A stretch of 64,000 bases of DNA from Octopus vulgaris (taxonomy: Eukaryota), in NCBI GenBank assembly GCA_951406725.2, contig OX597815.1:89156001-89220000 (forward strand), given 5' to 3'. Each line of letters starts with the position of its first letter. Position 1 is the first letter of the stretch. The notes below the pieces were generated by a model that made no database searches, had not been told where the DNA came from, and saw nothing but the letters and a program-made list of their open reading frames with translations. This document shows, one piece after another, positions 39,538 to 52,560 of the stretch. The position numbers and the translations under genes are program-made.

Positions 39538-41154
39538 AAATGTTCATATTTTGGTCATGAGAATTGCTATACAGGATGTAAAACTCGCATCTTTGATTAT
39601 AATGTTACGTGTTACTGTTATCAATCACCGGGATAGTGCACTACCGCCATATCTTGTCATTCATTCATTGTAAGTACCTGATAGGAGGATAAAAGTCTAA
39701 CTTTCCTCTAATTTTTCATGGAGAATTTTCATTTAAATAATTAACAAATCTTTCTTATAGTAAGTCATTAAATATTAAATAATGTAAGGCGGATATTAGG
39801 TGTAGCTTATGTATGCTGAGAAACAAAACATGATTAGCTGATGTGATATCTTCGAATAAGAACCGATTAAACGTAAGCAACCTTTTGTAAACATCTGCTA
39901 ACAGACTGAAAATTTTCGATTGTTTTCAATATTTATTAGTAAAACTTATTGTGTCTACCGGATTTTATTCGGTTCCGTAAGACAAAGTACTTGGTCACCA
40001 TTTCGTTATACAGTTGCAGTAGAAGCAGGGCAATTGCTCTCGAAAAAGAAAGTTTCTTCAACTATCTCTAAAATCAATTGTTGAGTTCTACGAAGTTGGA
40101 AGGATGCGAACGGTCATGATACTGAGAAATTCTGAAGACGTAGAAATACGGGACATTCCGCCAAATGTCACAACTGCATGAAAATGGTTCACACAGAAAG
40201 ATTCTGATAACATAATAGCATCACTGGAACACCAGGATATAGTGAGAACAATTCCAAATGACCGAAATGTGATCGGTTGCAAACCAGTTAAACTATTTTA
40301 GACGATGGCACGGAAGGTGTGCAGCACCACCATCAGTAGCTTAGGTAAAGTTAAAGAAGCAGAGAAAAGGGAACTCCATTTAATTCAATTCCCTCAACAA
40401 GGTCAGATGACCAAGCGAGTAAGAGGGTTAACTGAAAGGAAGGTGGGTTGGGATGGAATCTGAAGGTATAGCACATTGCGGTTGAATTACTTCCTTCAAG
40501 TCACCTATGATGTAATATCATCTCCACACAGGAGATTGCATTACATCATGGAGCACAATGTTGTCCTAAGAATTCACTATAATGCCGCCAAGAATCAATT
40601 GAAAGCAATCAAAAGTGACAAGACTTCCGCAAAGCTTGCATCATCCTCTCCTGTTATATAGGACCCCGGTTACCCTATGATCCCACATTTCATTTATTTA
40701 TGAAGTTATATAAACGGTAGCGGCGATGCAAGCCTTTCATAGCAGAGCAGGCAGAGATGCTTAAACACTCACTGGACACGAGATATCTCTTAATCTCAAG
40801 ACATAAGATCTATAGCCCCAGCCCACATTTCAAACGCTACTCCCCGTTCATCGATTAGGGATGTAAAAAGTGCTTGCAGTGCGAAACCAGCCTAAGGGCG
40901 GAGATTCTCACTTCTCCATTTAGATGCTTACCATTTGCCAACCGGACGGGGGTCAGGGAGATAACCGGTCTCTTTTGAAGCCTCACACAGTGTATATTAT
41001 TCTTTTGGTTGAAAAGTACCTGACCGTAACGGTTTTCTACCTCTAGTCTGAAGAGAGGTTATATGCCCACCCGTCATCTATAACGCTAAGCGCTTTATGA
41101 ATGTGAAATCAATTGTGACTCCATGACCGAACATGTATTCAACTTCATGTAAAT

Positions 41155-41216
<62 letters not shown>

Positions 41217-41665
41217 AACACACAAATTTACGTATCTTTGCATGTATGTATGTCATTCAGTTCTATTTCAAGACTTCTTACCAATAGAGAAAGAGCCGGT
41301 TTCTAACCTAGATCCAAGGCTCCTTCATTGGAATTTCAACATCAACAACAGGGTATTTTTGTTTGTATGTATGTATGTACGTATGTATGCATGTATGTAT
41401 GCATGCATGTATGTATGTGTGTATGTATGTATGTATGTATGTATGTATGTATGTATGTATGTATGTATGCATGCATGTATGTATGTATGTATATATGTTT
41501 GTGCAGATATGTATGTTTTATATATGTATTATCATGCATATAGTTGCGTATCTAGACATTCTCTTATATATTTAAATGATAAACTTCTGGAAAGTTTTAT
41601 GTATGCATGTATGTATGTATGTATGTATGTATGTATGTATGTATGTATGTGTGTATGTATGCATA
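41155..41665. repeat. (AC)n and (GTAT)n microsatellite cluster with short interspersed segments
   Basis: Seen directly. Confidence 0.9.
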
Positions 41666-43125
41666 TGGGGAGAATTCACAAAAAAAAAAGACGAAGACAG
41701 GTGGTGTAGACAACAAATAGGTATATTAGTTTAACGCTCGGGAAATGAAAAAGTCTTTAACGTTTCGAGCATATGCCCTTCCACAGAAAGGAACACAGAA
41801 AGAAACAAGGAGAGAAAATAAAGAATGTCTAGTGGCTAGCGATCTATCATGGAGAATACAGGACAGAGGTGTCACAAAGGAGAGTTGCATAGAAGGGGAG
41901 ATAATAAAGTAGTGGTGATCCCAAAACGAAAGTGCACGTGCGTGTGTATAAGAGAGCATGTATGTGCATATGGAACAAGGCTGGTGACATTGACGTGTGC
42001 GTCTGTGCATGTGTAGATGTTTGGATGATGGCGTGGGGCTGGGAACTGGACAGTTCTAGTGTGTGGGTGGTGGTGTGATGTGATATGGTGTTGTGCGGTA
42101 TGTTGTGGTGGTGTTGGGATGTGGAGGAGGCGAGATTGGGGAAAGCAATGGTGTGATGTGGGTTAGACTGAGGGTGGGGATAGAGGTGAGGTATGTGGGA
42201 GTGGGTGTAAGAGATGGGGTGAGGGTGGGATGGGATGGATGTATATGGCCGAGAATTGCATACTGCATTTACTTTGAGTACTTAATTCTCATATAACAAA
42301 GAGATCTCCCGTCAACACACAACATTAGCTCTATAATAGATCGTACATATACTCGTTCCAGAAACAGTAATATACACCATAACATAATGTAATTTATCTT
42401 AATAGGGGACATATGTGTGCGTGTGTATGGGCGTAAGACGGTGTGTGTGTCCGTGCCCTCTATCAAATTATCTTTATACACGGTCATGTATTATTAATTA
42501 TTTAATTAACTAGGTTATTGATACAGACACTTTGATACAAATTAGAGAGACCAGTTCAACTGTATTCGTATGCACTATAATTCTTTAAGTAACTAATAAG
42601 CAGACGATGAATATTCTTTCACTAATACAGGTGTAAATAAACGAAAAAATAACGACACTGAGCTTGGAGAATAAGGCAAAGTTGCTGTTTAATCACATTA
42701 TTAACTATTCTCAACGGTGTTAATATGGTTATGAGACGGCACAGCTATTTTGCCGCGGACTAATTGACGTCGCTGTTTCGATGCTGACTTTTTTGACATC
42801 GGTTATTTCAATATTCCACTCGTTCTTTATCTCTTTGTATCTCTTTGTCTCTGTCTGTCTGACTGACTAACTGACTGACTGACTCTCTCTGTCTTTCTCA
42901 CTCTCTGTTTTCATATACGAGCATATTTTTTTATGTATACGAAAGAGAAAGTGTTTATATTAATAGTGTCTCTGCCTCCTCTTTCTTTATGTCATCCTCT
43001 CTCTTTCTCTGCATGAGCATAATTCAGCGCACATGCGAATGGTAGTCTCCAATGTCAGAAAGAATTGTTGTCAAAAGATGTTCAATATCCAAACTGCTGC
43101 GCTCCTGCATAAATTGATAAGATTA

Positions 43126-45222
43126 CACTGGTCAATACACGTTTTGCTGACTTCGGCTTTGTGCCTGTTTTTACTTAATTTTGAGATGTTGATTTCAAAC
43201 ATAGCATCCATTTTTTCTGACACATCCTACCCCTATGCCATGATGTACTGTATAAATAATTTTCTTGGTCAGGGTAGTTTACTAAGTCTTATAGCTTCAA
43301 ACCATAAGTTATAAACGTCAATAGAATATGAAATGTAAGACAGCATCACCTTTTACTAAATCCATACTGTTAAGTTTCTAACATAATGGATAAACCCTCA
43401 TACATACACCTTCATATTCATGGAACAAATTTTCGCTTGCGAGAGCATGTGCAATATTCCCTCTTTACACAGTCTCTTTGAATGCTCCAACAGTATTCCA
43501 TTGGCCTTGATATCTCTCCTCCATAATCTTGATTGTTTGATATAAAACGCTCACCATGCTCATCGCTCACGTCTCCGAGATTTTCAGGAAATTCGTCGAG
43601 ATGACTATTGAGGAAATGAAGCTTTATGCTCATGTTGCTGCCTAAAAGATGAGAGCTATCAAGTAATGTCTCCACCAAATCCTTGTAGTTTGCAGCTTTT
43701 TCACTCTCCGCCCGATCCTTTCACAACAGTCACAAATGAATCCCATGTTCGCTTTTCTATGTCAGCCATCAAACTCGAAAAATTCAGGCATTTCGTTAAC
43801 TTTTTGATTTGTGGCCAATCTCAAACACCAGCCGTTATTTTATCATAACTTAGGCCAGGAAATGTATCTATGATTTTGAAACAGTTACCTTCCACATTAA
43901 GGGCTTTGACAAATTACTTCACTAGTCCTTGTTTAACAAAAAGGGGTGGAAAGATAATTTTCTCTCGCTCAACAAGTGGTTGGTTTATGATATTCTTCTG
44001 CTCAACAGTCAAACTTTTCCTGACTGGCCAGAGTTTCTGCTCCCAATATTTGTTTCTCGCTTGGCTATCCTATAAACACAGGAAACATGGATATTTTATA
44101 TACCCTCCTTGTTGGCCAACTGAAAAGTTGACCAGTTTTAGATCCACATGTGCAACGACCCATTTGTGTTCATTATTCCTAAGTAAATCTAATACAACTT
44201 TTATGTGATCACAATTCTCTTCGAAAAGCACAGAGTGACCAATAAAAAGCGCACTAAACAAGTTTCTATTATTGAGTAATACACATTATAGATACTTCTT
44301 TAAACTGTCTATAAAGAGTCTCCATTCACTAGGATCACACTAATCAGCACTCATCTCGTTTAACAGTCCCGCCAAGTCACAACAGTAAACAAAATCTTTT
44401 CCCGCCGTTGTAAAGAATGCCAAGGGATCTTTTTAATTGTTCTGATAAAAAGTCACGTTTGTTTCTTTCTGCAACAAATTCTCTTTAAGCCTAGAAGCTA
44501 ACAGTTCTGGTAACTCTTTTGACAGTCCTAAGTTTTAGCTAAACCATTAAGTTCTGCCTGGTTGAAGTTTTCACGTTCTTTGGTTGATGTTCCTACAAAG
44601 TCTATATCGCTGTCATGTTTATGATTTACATCTACTTCACCCCATATATCACTTTCATCTTGCAGTGAAGTTAAATCTTTGAAAGCAGGTAGTGGTATTC
44701 CATCTGAGTGCAGCACAGGATGAATTGCTGAATCCAGATTTGGGTGACTTATTTTCAGTTACGTTCTCTTGAAATCTTTTTGAGATAAAAATAGCAATCG
44801 CTTACATGGTTCTTTGGTACCCCTATATCATAGGAATGCCAAATGTTAGTTGTTTTCTTGTGCCCTTTGTCCATTGTCGTACATTTTCGACGTAGGGTTT
44901 ACATACGTTGTGCGGGCCCACGATTTATCCTGATCACCAACTTTAATCCTTGAGTAAGCCAAGTAGGACTTTTTCGTAATGTCACTAACGTTCATACTTT
45001 GACTTGGTACTGTAAAACACCTACGTATATAAAAAAGAATTAGGGGAATTCAAACATTTCAAACATGGAGCTACGGGTGAGGCAAATATGAGTCAGGCCA
45101 TAGAAAAAAACTAGACATGATAGAAAATAAACTATTGACATTTTTAAACTCAGTTACTAAAAATTTCCTCAAAACAGGTGTCATAGGTCAGCAGAAAAAA
45201 ATTGAGAATTTGTTGGCCAGTG
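43126..45222 (-). mobile_element. Chapaev3-like (CMC superfamily) DNA transposon, end-to-end, transposase pseudogenised
   Basis: Imperfect TIRs cactggtcaa (43126) and ttggccagtg (ends 45222), flanked by tta on both sides. Transposase motifs GDQDKSWA, DLKLVNF..GQQGGYIKYPCFLCL, IIFPPL..KQGL..FVKAL, MSIKLHFLNSHLDEFPENLGDVSDEHGERF. Confidence 0.85.
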
Positions 45223-45842
45223 TTATTAGTAAAATATACAACTAAAGTTTCATTACAAATTAACCAAGAAAAATGGTTTGATATATTATTATTATTGTAA
45301 TGCATTATTACTTAGTTAATTAACTAGATTGTCAGTAGGAGTACCACATTCAGTAGCAAATTGTTAGGAGAATGGAACTTAGATTAGAAAAGTGGGTCTG
45401 ATTCAATCCCGTCTTCTGGTACAAAATATAGGAAGACGATTTCTTTTATCGCCACCTGTTTATCATTTAGGAATCATTTTGTATGTTTATGAAAGCATTA
45501 AATCTGATAGTAATTAATTATCCAAAAAAAGCTCTACACTGAGCTATTAACTAATTAATCATATTTTCAGCGCTTGCACTGTTATCAAAATAAAACTAAT
45601 ACTAAACCTATATTTATATAAACAATAGATAGCCAAAAATGACTAACTAACCTCTTTATTGAGCATACTCCATTCCGATGCTAGCGAAATTAGAAACTTC
45701 TCAGTTTGATTACAAATTTCTACACCCAAAATATAAAAATTACGAACTGTGCAGTACAGACTTTATTCTCAGAGAGACAAAACTATATATTTACATAAAA
45801 AGAAGTATATTTTACATGGCGTATATACATACATACACACAT

Positions 45843-45928
<86 letters not shown>

Positions 45929-46789
45929 TCATACATATATATGAGGGTATGTGTGTGTGTATTTATGTATGTATATATACATACATGCATGCTTGTGTGT
46001 ATATATATGAATGCATAGGAGCCAATTCATGTAATGCGCAAAAAGATGAGGCGGGAATATAATGTATTATAGGAACATTACTTTAGATAAAGTCACACAG
46101 ATGAACACATACACACACGTAGATATGTACGTATGCTGTATGTGTGCGTGCGTTTGGGCTTTTGCATCACCAATACATACTTTGTGTGATTATGGCTTAA
46201 TGGTTCTCTGACTGAGTGAGCTTGCCTGCACAAGCGTTTATGTGTGTATGCGTTCGTATGTGTGCGTGAATATCTATATGTGAGAATCAATGAATACATG
46301 AGCATTTAATTATATAAAAAATAAAAAAGGAACATAGAGAAACAGATAAAACGACTGAAATTAGAAAAAAATGAGAAATAATAATTTTCTGAGAAAAGAT
46401 AGTTTAGGATCAACAAGCAAGATATATTGGAAAAAATCAATACACATTCAGGCAGAATCAACTAATAAAATTCCTTTGATTTCAGAGTTAAAATAGTAAA
46501 TTTCAGAATAATTCTGCCATTATTTCATTCATTTGATTCTGGTTCGTCTGGGAACTATTAGCGATTGTCTCGCTTGTGCTGGATAAATAATAGCGAAAAC
46601 GTAGCAAAGATTCTAGATAAAATTTGTAACTCACATTTATAATCATGCGTAAGTATATACATCCATAATTATTTATATATGTCTTAATTTGTAAAATACA
46701 TACATACATACATGTATGTGTGTATGTGTGTGAGTGTGTTTGGGCGTGTGTATGTGTGTGAGGGTATGTTTGTATCTCTTCTTACTGTG

Positions 46790-46941
<152 letters not shown>

Positions 46942-47039
46942 ATTCTCTGGGCTAAAAGTAACTTAGGGGTTGCAATCTTTGAGAATTCTTTTATTTTTTG
47001 ACCTTTGTTTCTTTCCAGAAATTTTATGGACTAGGTTCT

Positions 47040-47745
47040 AGAAATTAATTACGGTAAAATTTAACACCGCACAACATATCCAAGTAGAGAAATTATTCTA
47101 TCGAAATCAGGGCTCAATTATTCAAACTCAGAGAGCACCAAAGAGAATTGCCCTCATAAAGTGTATAGTATGGTGTGTAATCACGGTAGATGAGTTAATT
47201 GGGCCTTATTTCTTTGAGGACAATAATGGGAATGCTGTCACTGTGATCGAGAACTCTTTGCACCCGGCCATTCAAAATAGGCCGGATATGTGGTTTCAGC
47301 AAGATGAGATAACTGCTCATACCACAAGAGAGATAATAAAATTTCTGAGGTAATATTTTATAGACAGAATCATCTCTCGCTACTGCCATCGCGTACCCCA
47401 GACTTGACCAGCCGTGACTTGTTGGGGTAACTCAAGGAGAAGATTTATGTCAACACACCAGAAACCCCGGGACAACTGAAGGGGAGTATCACTACAGAAA
47501 TCATGGAGTTGGACCTTGAAATCAAATCCTTTCAGCTCTCATAGAAAATATTTTGGGTAGGGTATGGATGTATGAAGATGTCATTTTTCATATGCGATGC
47601 AGAGGTATGAGGAAAAAAGACTGATGCACATTAAGCTCTATTATCTCCTCTATATTGAATTAAAGTTCATACCCATTCGTAAAAATAAGGATAAGGGAGT
47701 CATTAAAAATTAAAACCCCTCAGTGACTTTTGGGACACCCTCTGT
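47040..47745 (+). mobile_element. Tc1/mariner (rosa/maT-like) transposon, 3' part with right TIR
   Basis: VWCVI...LIGPYFFEDNNGNAVTV, MWFQQDEITAHT, PSRTPDLT..D..WG.LKEKIY; terminus gtgacttttgggacaccctctg followed by TA. Confidence 0.8.
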
Positions 47746-48019
47746 ATATATATACATATATATATATATATATACAGAGGGTGTACACACACACACACAC
47801 ACATATATATATGTAAATGTTTGCTTTTATATCAATAAATTTATTACATTGAAGGATTACACAATATCTTTGGTAGAGTACAAATGTATTATTCACTGAC
47901 AAGAAGAGTATTGAAAATGACTCGCAGTTTCGGCCAGTCCCATGAAGGCTCAGGTGACCGAAGCTTGTAACTGTACTATTGTTCTTAAAGAATAATTTAC
48001 ATATGTATCCACAATTTTC

Positions 48020-48086
<67 letters not shown>

Positions 48087-48229
48087 CACATACATACATA
48101 CCTTGTCTGAAGATATGCAAATCGGTTTGGTTCTTATAAAATGAATGTACAACTATATAGGAAACTGAAATTTTAGGATGTTGGTTCAAATAGTCTTTCT
48201 AAATAGCGGCTAAAATTTGACATACATCT

Positions 48230-48390
48230 GATCTATATTGATAAATGTCTAAAGTGGGCAAGAAAGTACATAGAAACAGGTTTCAGAAACGTCATATTCA
48301 CTGACGAATCGCGCGTCCCATTAGATGGTCCAGATGGATGGGCTAAAGGATGGGTTCTGACAGGACGAGAAGACGGCAACAAGGAGGTTG
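48230..48390 (+). mobile_element. Tc1-like transposase fragment
   Basis: KWARKY..TGFRNVIFTDESRVPLDGPDGWAKGW (first catalytic D region). Confidence 0.75.
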
Positions 48391-48795
48391 TTTATATTAT
48401 ATATATATATATATATATCAACAATCAAGGAACGGCCATAATAGGCCATTCACCCACTAGAAATAACAGCCAAAGCTTCAACCGCAAATAAAAATTAATT
48501 CCGTAAACCAGGAGAAAATTTAAAAAACATTTACCCTGTAATTTCTTATACGATGCACCGTTTCATCTGCTGATTAATGGTAAACTAACCTGATTAAATT
48601 AAATCAAGCCAATCTTCCATAGGCCCTCAGATTCTTCAGTAAGAAATAGCCCAAGTCGGAACAGATATTTTCACGAGGCATTTCCGACCTTGCCAAGGTT
48701 ATATCTGACCTAAAATTTTCAAATCGTCGCACTCGCGCCAAATTTATCGGCAGCAAATAAATATAAGCCGTCGATTCCATTACGGAATTAACCAG

Positions 48796-48914
<119 letters not shown>

Positions 48915-49047
48915 AATATATATATATATATATATATGTATCTGTATCTGTATATATATATATATATGGGCATGATATTATCGAAATACCATCACGAGTG
49001 GTAAGTGAATTCTCAGCCGTACAGGCAAATTACTGAAATATATATAT

Positions 49048-49394
49048 ACAATATTAGATATGTACATATATACACAAGGATACTACATGCGTACCTATAC
49101 TGCTAAAAAAATAGATGTAAAAAAATACTTCTGTACCTCCGAATAGTCACTAATCTATTACAGACATGATAGGAAAAAAATATCAGTGAACAATAATAAT
49201 GTCTTACCCCTACTGGGTCAGAACAAGTGAATGTTGGTAAGACATTGTTATTGTTCACTGATATTTTTTCCTAGCATGTCTGAAATAGATTTGTAACTAT
49301 TCGGTGGTACAGAAGTGCTTTTTGACTTCTATTTTTTAGCGGTATAGGTACTCATGTAGTACCCTTGTGTATATATGTACAAATGTAATATTGT
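49048..49394. repeat. Long imperfect inverted repeat (foldback/MITE-like) within (TA)n
   Basis: Arms 49048-49208 and 49236-49394, 27-nt spacer, about 15 substitutions and 2 indels by manual alignment. Confidence 0.92.
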
Positions 49395-49448
49395 GTGTTT
49401 ATATATATATATATATATACGAGAAAGAAGCAACAAGAATGGATTGGT

Positions 49449-49539
49449 TTTTAGTACAATTGTTTCATACAAAGACAGGCTTTATTACAAGTTGCAAAAA
49501 TTGCAGCAGATAAAAGTGTCCCGTACTCATCAGCTAAAA
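49449..49539 (-). ncRNA. Type I hammerhead ribozyme
   Basis: Minus strand ttttag-CTGATGA-gtac[long stem II]gtat-GAAAC-aatt-GTA-ctaaaa. Stem I ttttag/ctaaaa is in exact register, stem III is AC/GT with a palindromic loop, and all core nucleotides are present. Confidence 0.8.
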
Positions 49540-50004
49540 TACATTTGAGTTCTCTAGACATCTTAGTGGGTGAGGTTATACTCATGAGATATTGGAGATA
49601 GTTCCATTAGAGGCAGATATAGGTTGTAAACAGTTTTCCAAAGTTCCTTAATGATGATGCACAGTCTTATCACAGATTTTAAAAAAACTTATTAGTTTCG
49701 AAGAGAAGATGAATCAATCCATAGTGTAGATTTAAATTTTCAGAGATATGAAGAGGATGATGCACAGACTTATCACAGGTTTTTAAAGACTTATTAGCTT
49801 CACAGAAAAGGTGAATTAATCCATAGTGAAGATTTACATTTCCAGTGGTAAGATGAGGGATTTCATACTCACAGACGATGTATTTAACCATTTTTAATCC
49901 ACAATCATTTCATGCTATATGATAAGGTAATTTGCCATGTTATTGCTCTCCGTGCAAAACTGCTATGTTGAGAATTCTAAAGGCTGAAGGAATTTATTTG
50001 TGGG

Positions 50005-50175
50005 GCAAAGAAAATAAAATAAGATAAAAGAAAAAGGAAAGAGACAAGGAAAAAAGAAAAAGAAAAAGGAGAAGAAGAAGAAATAAGGAAAAGAAAGAGA
50101 AAGAAAAAGAAAAAAAGAAAAAGAAGAAAAAGGAAAAGAAAGAAAGAAAAAGTGGAATGGGGAGAAAAGAAAAGG
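50005..50175. repeat. Polypurine (GA-rich) low-complexity tract
   Basis: Almost exclusively A/G on the plus strand. Confidence 0.9.
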
Positions 50176-51021
50176 CGCCTATATAGAGTATACTGTGACA
50201 ACTTAGCGGGAGGGGTTTTTTTAAGTGACCAAATACAGAAGAATTTGTAGATAGCTTAGTTAGCTTGAATCTTTAAGAAACTTTAAGAATTCAGGAACTA
50301 TGTGGAAAGAAAATTATTATTTTGACCAGTACACAGCTATTTACTATCAACCTGACACGGATGAAAGCAGATATGAATCTAAAGAGGATTTAAAGAGATA
50401 AACAAGGTCAGGGGTAGAGGGGTCAATAGCTATCGCTAAAAGGAAATACAATAAGAGAAAGGATCTAAGTGCAACCCTTAACCAAAGGTCATTTAAATTA
50501 TTTATTTATTTATTTATTCATGTTTCTGTCTTAAAAATTGTAGCCGTTACTATCAATAACATTAACGGACTACCGGTCAAAACCTAGAATTTAATTAACA
50601 AGGTGTGATGGAATTGTCTATTTTATTGAAGTTTATCATACTACTTTCAAGGGAGTTTCTTCGCTTAATTAATTCTGTAATAGAATTGCTAAGCTTTAGT
50701 AACTTAATTTATTAAAGTAGTGTTACCTAAACTAGATTAAGTTCCAAAATTAAAAATTAAAAATTTAAAATTTAAAATTAAGATTAAAGAATTAAATAAA
50801 AACTAAAAATTAAGATTTAAGAATTAAGAATTAGATAAACTTTCAATTAAGCAATGTACGAATACTATTTTAAATTTCCCACTGTTTAAAATCAGGTGTA
50901 GTTACAAAGAAAAAGATAAGTATAGTGTGAGAAATCGCAGATATCTACTTAAAAAATAATGTTATACTATTAAAGACCTGGTTATATTTATCTACCTATC
51001 TTGTATAGAACAAATGTATAG

Positions 51022-51098
<77 letters not shown>

Positions 51099-51140
51099 TT
51101 TCTTTCATTTATTCTTTTACTTGTTTCAGTCACCGCCTAT

Positions 51141-51220
<80 letters not shown>

Positions 51221-51336
51221 CGGAGATGTACTTGCATAGCAAATGACCTGTTCTGAGATTGTGTGCTGGAACGAAAACAATTGCAGCGTGGAAGGCTTTT
51301 CTTAAATGGCTTATAGACACCTTTCATGCTTTAATT

Positions 51337-51379
<43 letters not shown>

Positions 51380-51653
51380 ATGGTAGGGGTTCCTTCCCCT
51401 TCTCGCAATATCTCGGATGCAACTGTGCATCGTTAACCAGTTACAGATGTCCTCTTGGGGTTAAGAAATCGCAATAAAATCCCTTCGAACGGATTGCCAT
51501 GTTGAAGTGGGTATAAACATTACTTGTTAGTACAACTACTGTGTTGATCTCTTAGAGCTACTGACCTCTCTCGCAGACGAGGTGTTCAGTACGGTAGACA
51601 GGCAGAAATAGCACAAAACCAGGATGGTCTGCTGGTACCATCGCCCGTATTAA

Positions 51654-51890
51654 CAGGCGCAGGAGTGGCTGTGTTTTAAGTAACTTGCTAACCAACCACA
51701 TGGTCTCAGGTTTAGTCCCACTGTGTGGCACCTTGGTCAAGTGTCTTCTACTATAGCTTCGGATTTGGTAAACGGAAACTGAAAGAAGCCCATCGTATTT
51801 ATATGTGTGTGTGTGTGTGTGCTTGTGTTGTGTTTGTCCCCCACCATCGCTTGACAACCGATGTTGGTGAGTTTACGTCCCCGTAAATTA
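51654..51890 (+). mobile_element. SINE family B, 5' two-thirds
   Basis: aggcgcaggagtggctgtg...cactgtgtggcaccttggtcaagtgtcttctactatagc...gtttacgtccccgt. Confidence 0.88.
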
Positions 51891-52257
51891 GTGAGCTAAC
51901 GATTCTGCCTACTCGCCGCCTTAATTTTGTGTAAATCAACTGATTTTACATTAACCATTTCTATCTGTATAAACTAATAAGCTTATTGATGTAACATTTC
52001 CCTTATTTTTCGAAACGAACGTAACTGATTAATAGATGTAACATCGACAAACAGTTATTTAGCACCTATTGAGAAAACTTGCACACATACAGGAGAGAAA
52101 TAAATATACAAATCTAGAAGATTCAAATATCTATCTTAAAAAGTAACCTATAGGGTATTATTTATTGTAAAACTTTAATTTCAATGGGACATCAAGTTTT
52201 GCTGTTCTGCTTGATTAAACAGTTAGGTGAATATTGAAGTCTAGGTGGAATCAAATA

Positions 52258-52266
52258 ACAATAATG

Positions 52267-52319
<53 letters not shown>

Positions 52320-52527
52320 TTTAATAATAATAATAATAATAATGATAATAATAATTATAACTTGGAGTCAACTTGTACAAATACAAAGCAAAAGCCAAAC
52401 ATATAATAATAATAGTAATAATAATTCTCTTGCTCTCTCTCTGTATGTATGTATGCATGTATATATATATATATATATATATATAGATAGATATAGATAT
52501 AGATATAGATATATAGATATATATACA

Positions 52528-52559
<32 letters not shown>

Positions 52560-52560
52560 C
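52258..52560. repeat. (TAA)n, (TA)n, (AGATAT)n, (ATAC)n microsatellite cluster
   Basis: Seen directly. Confidence 0.92.
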
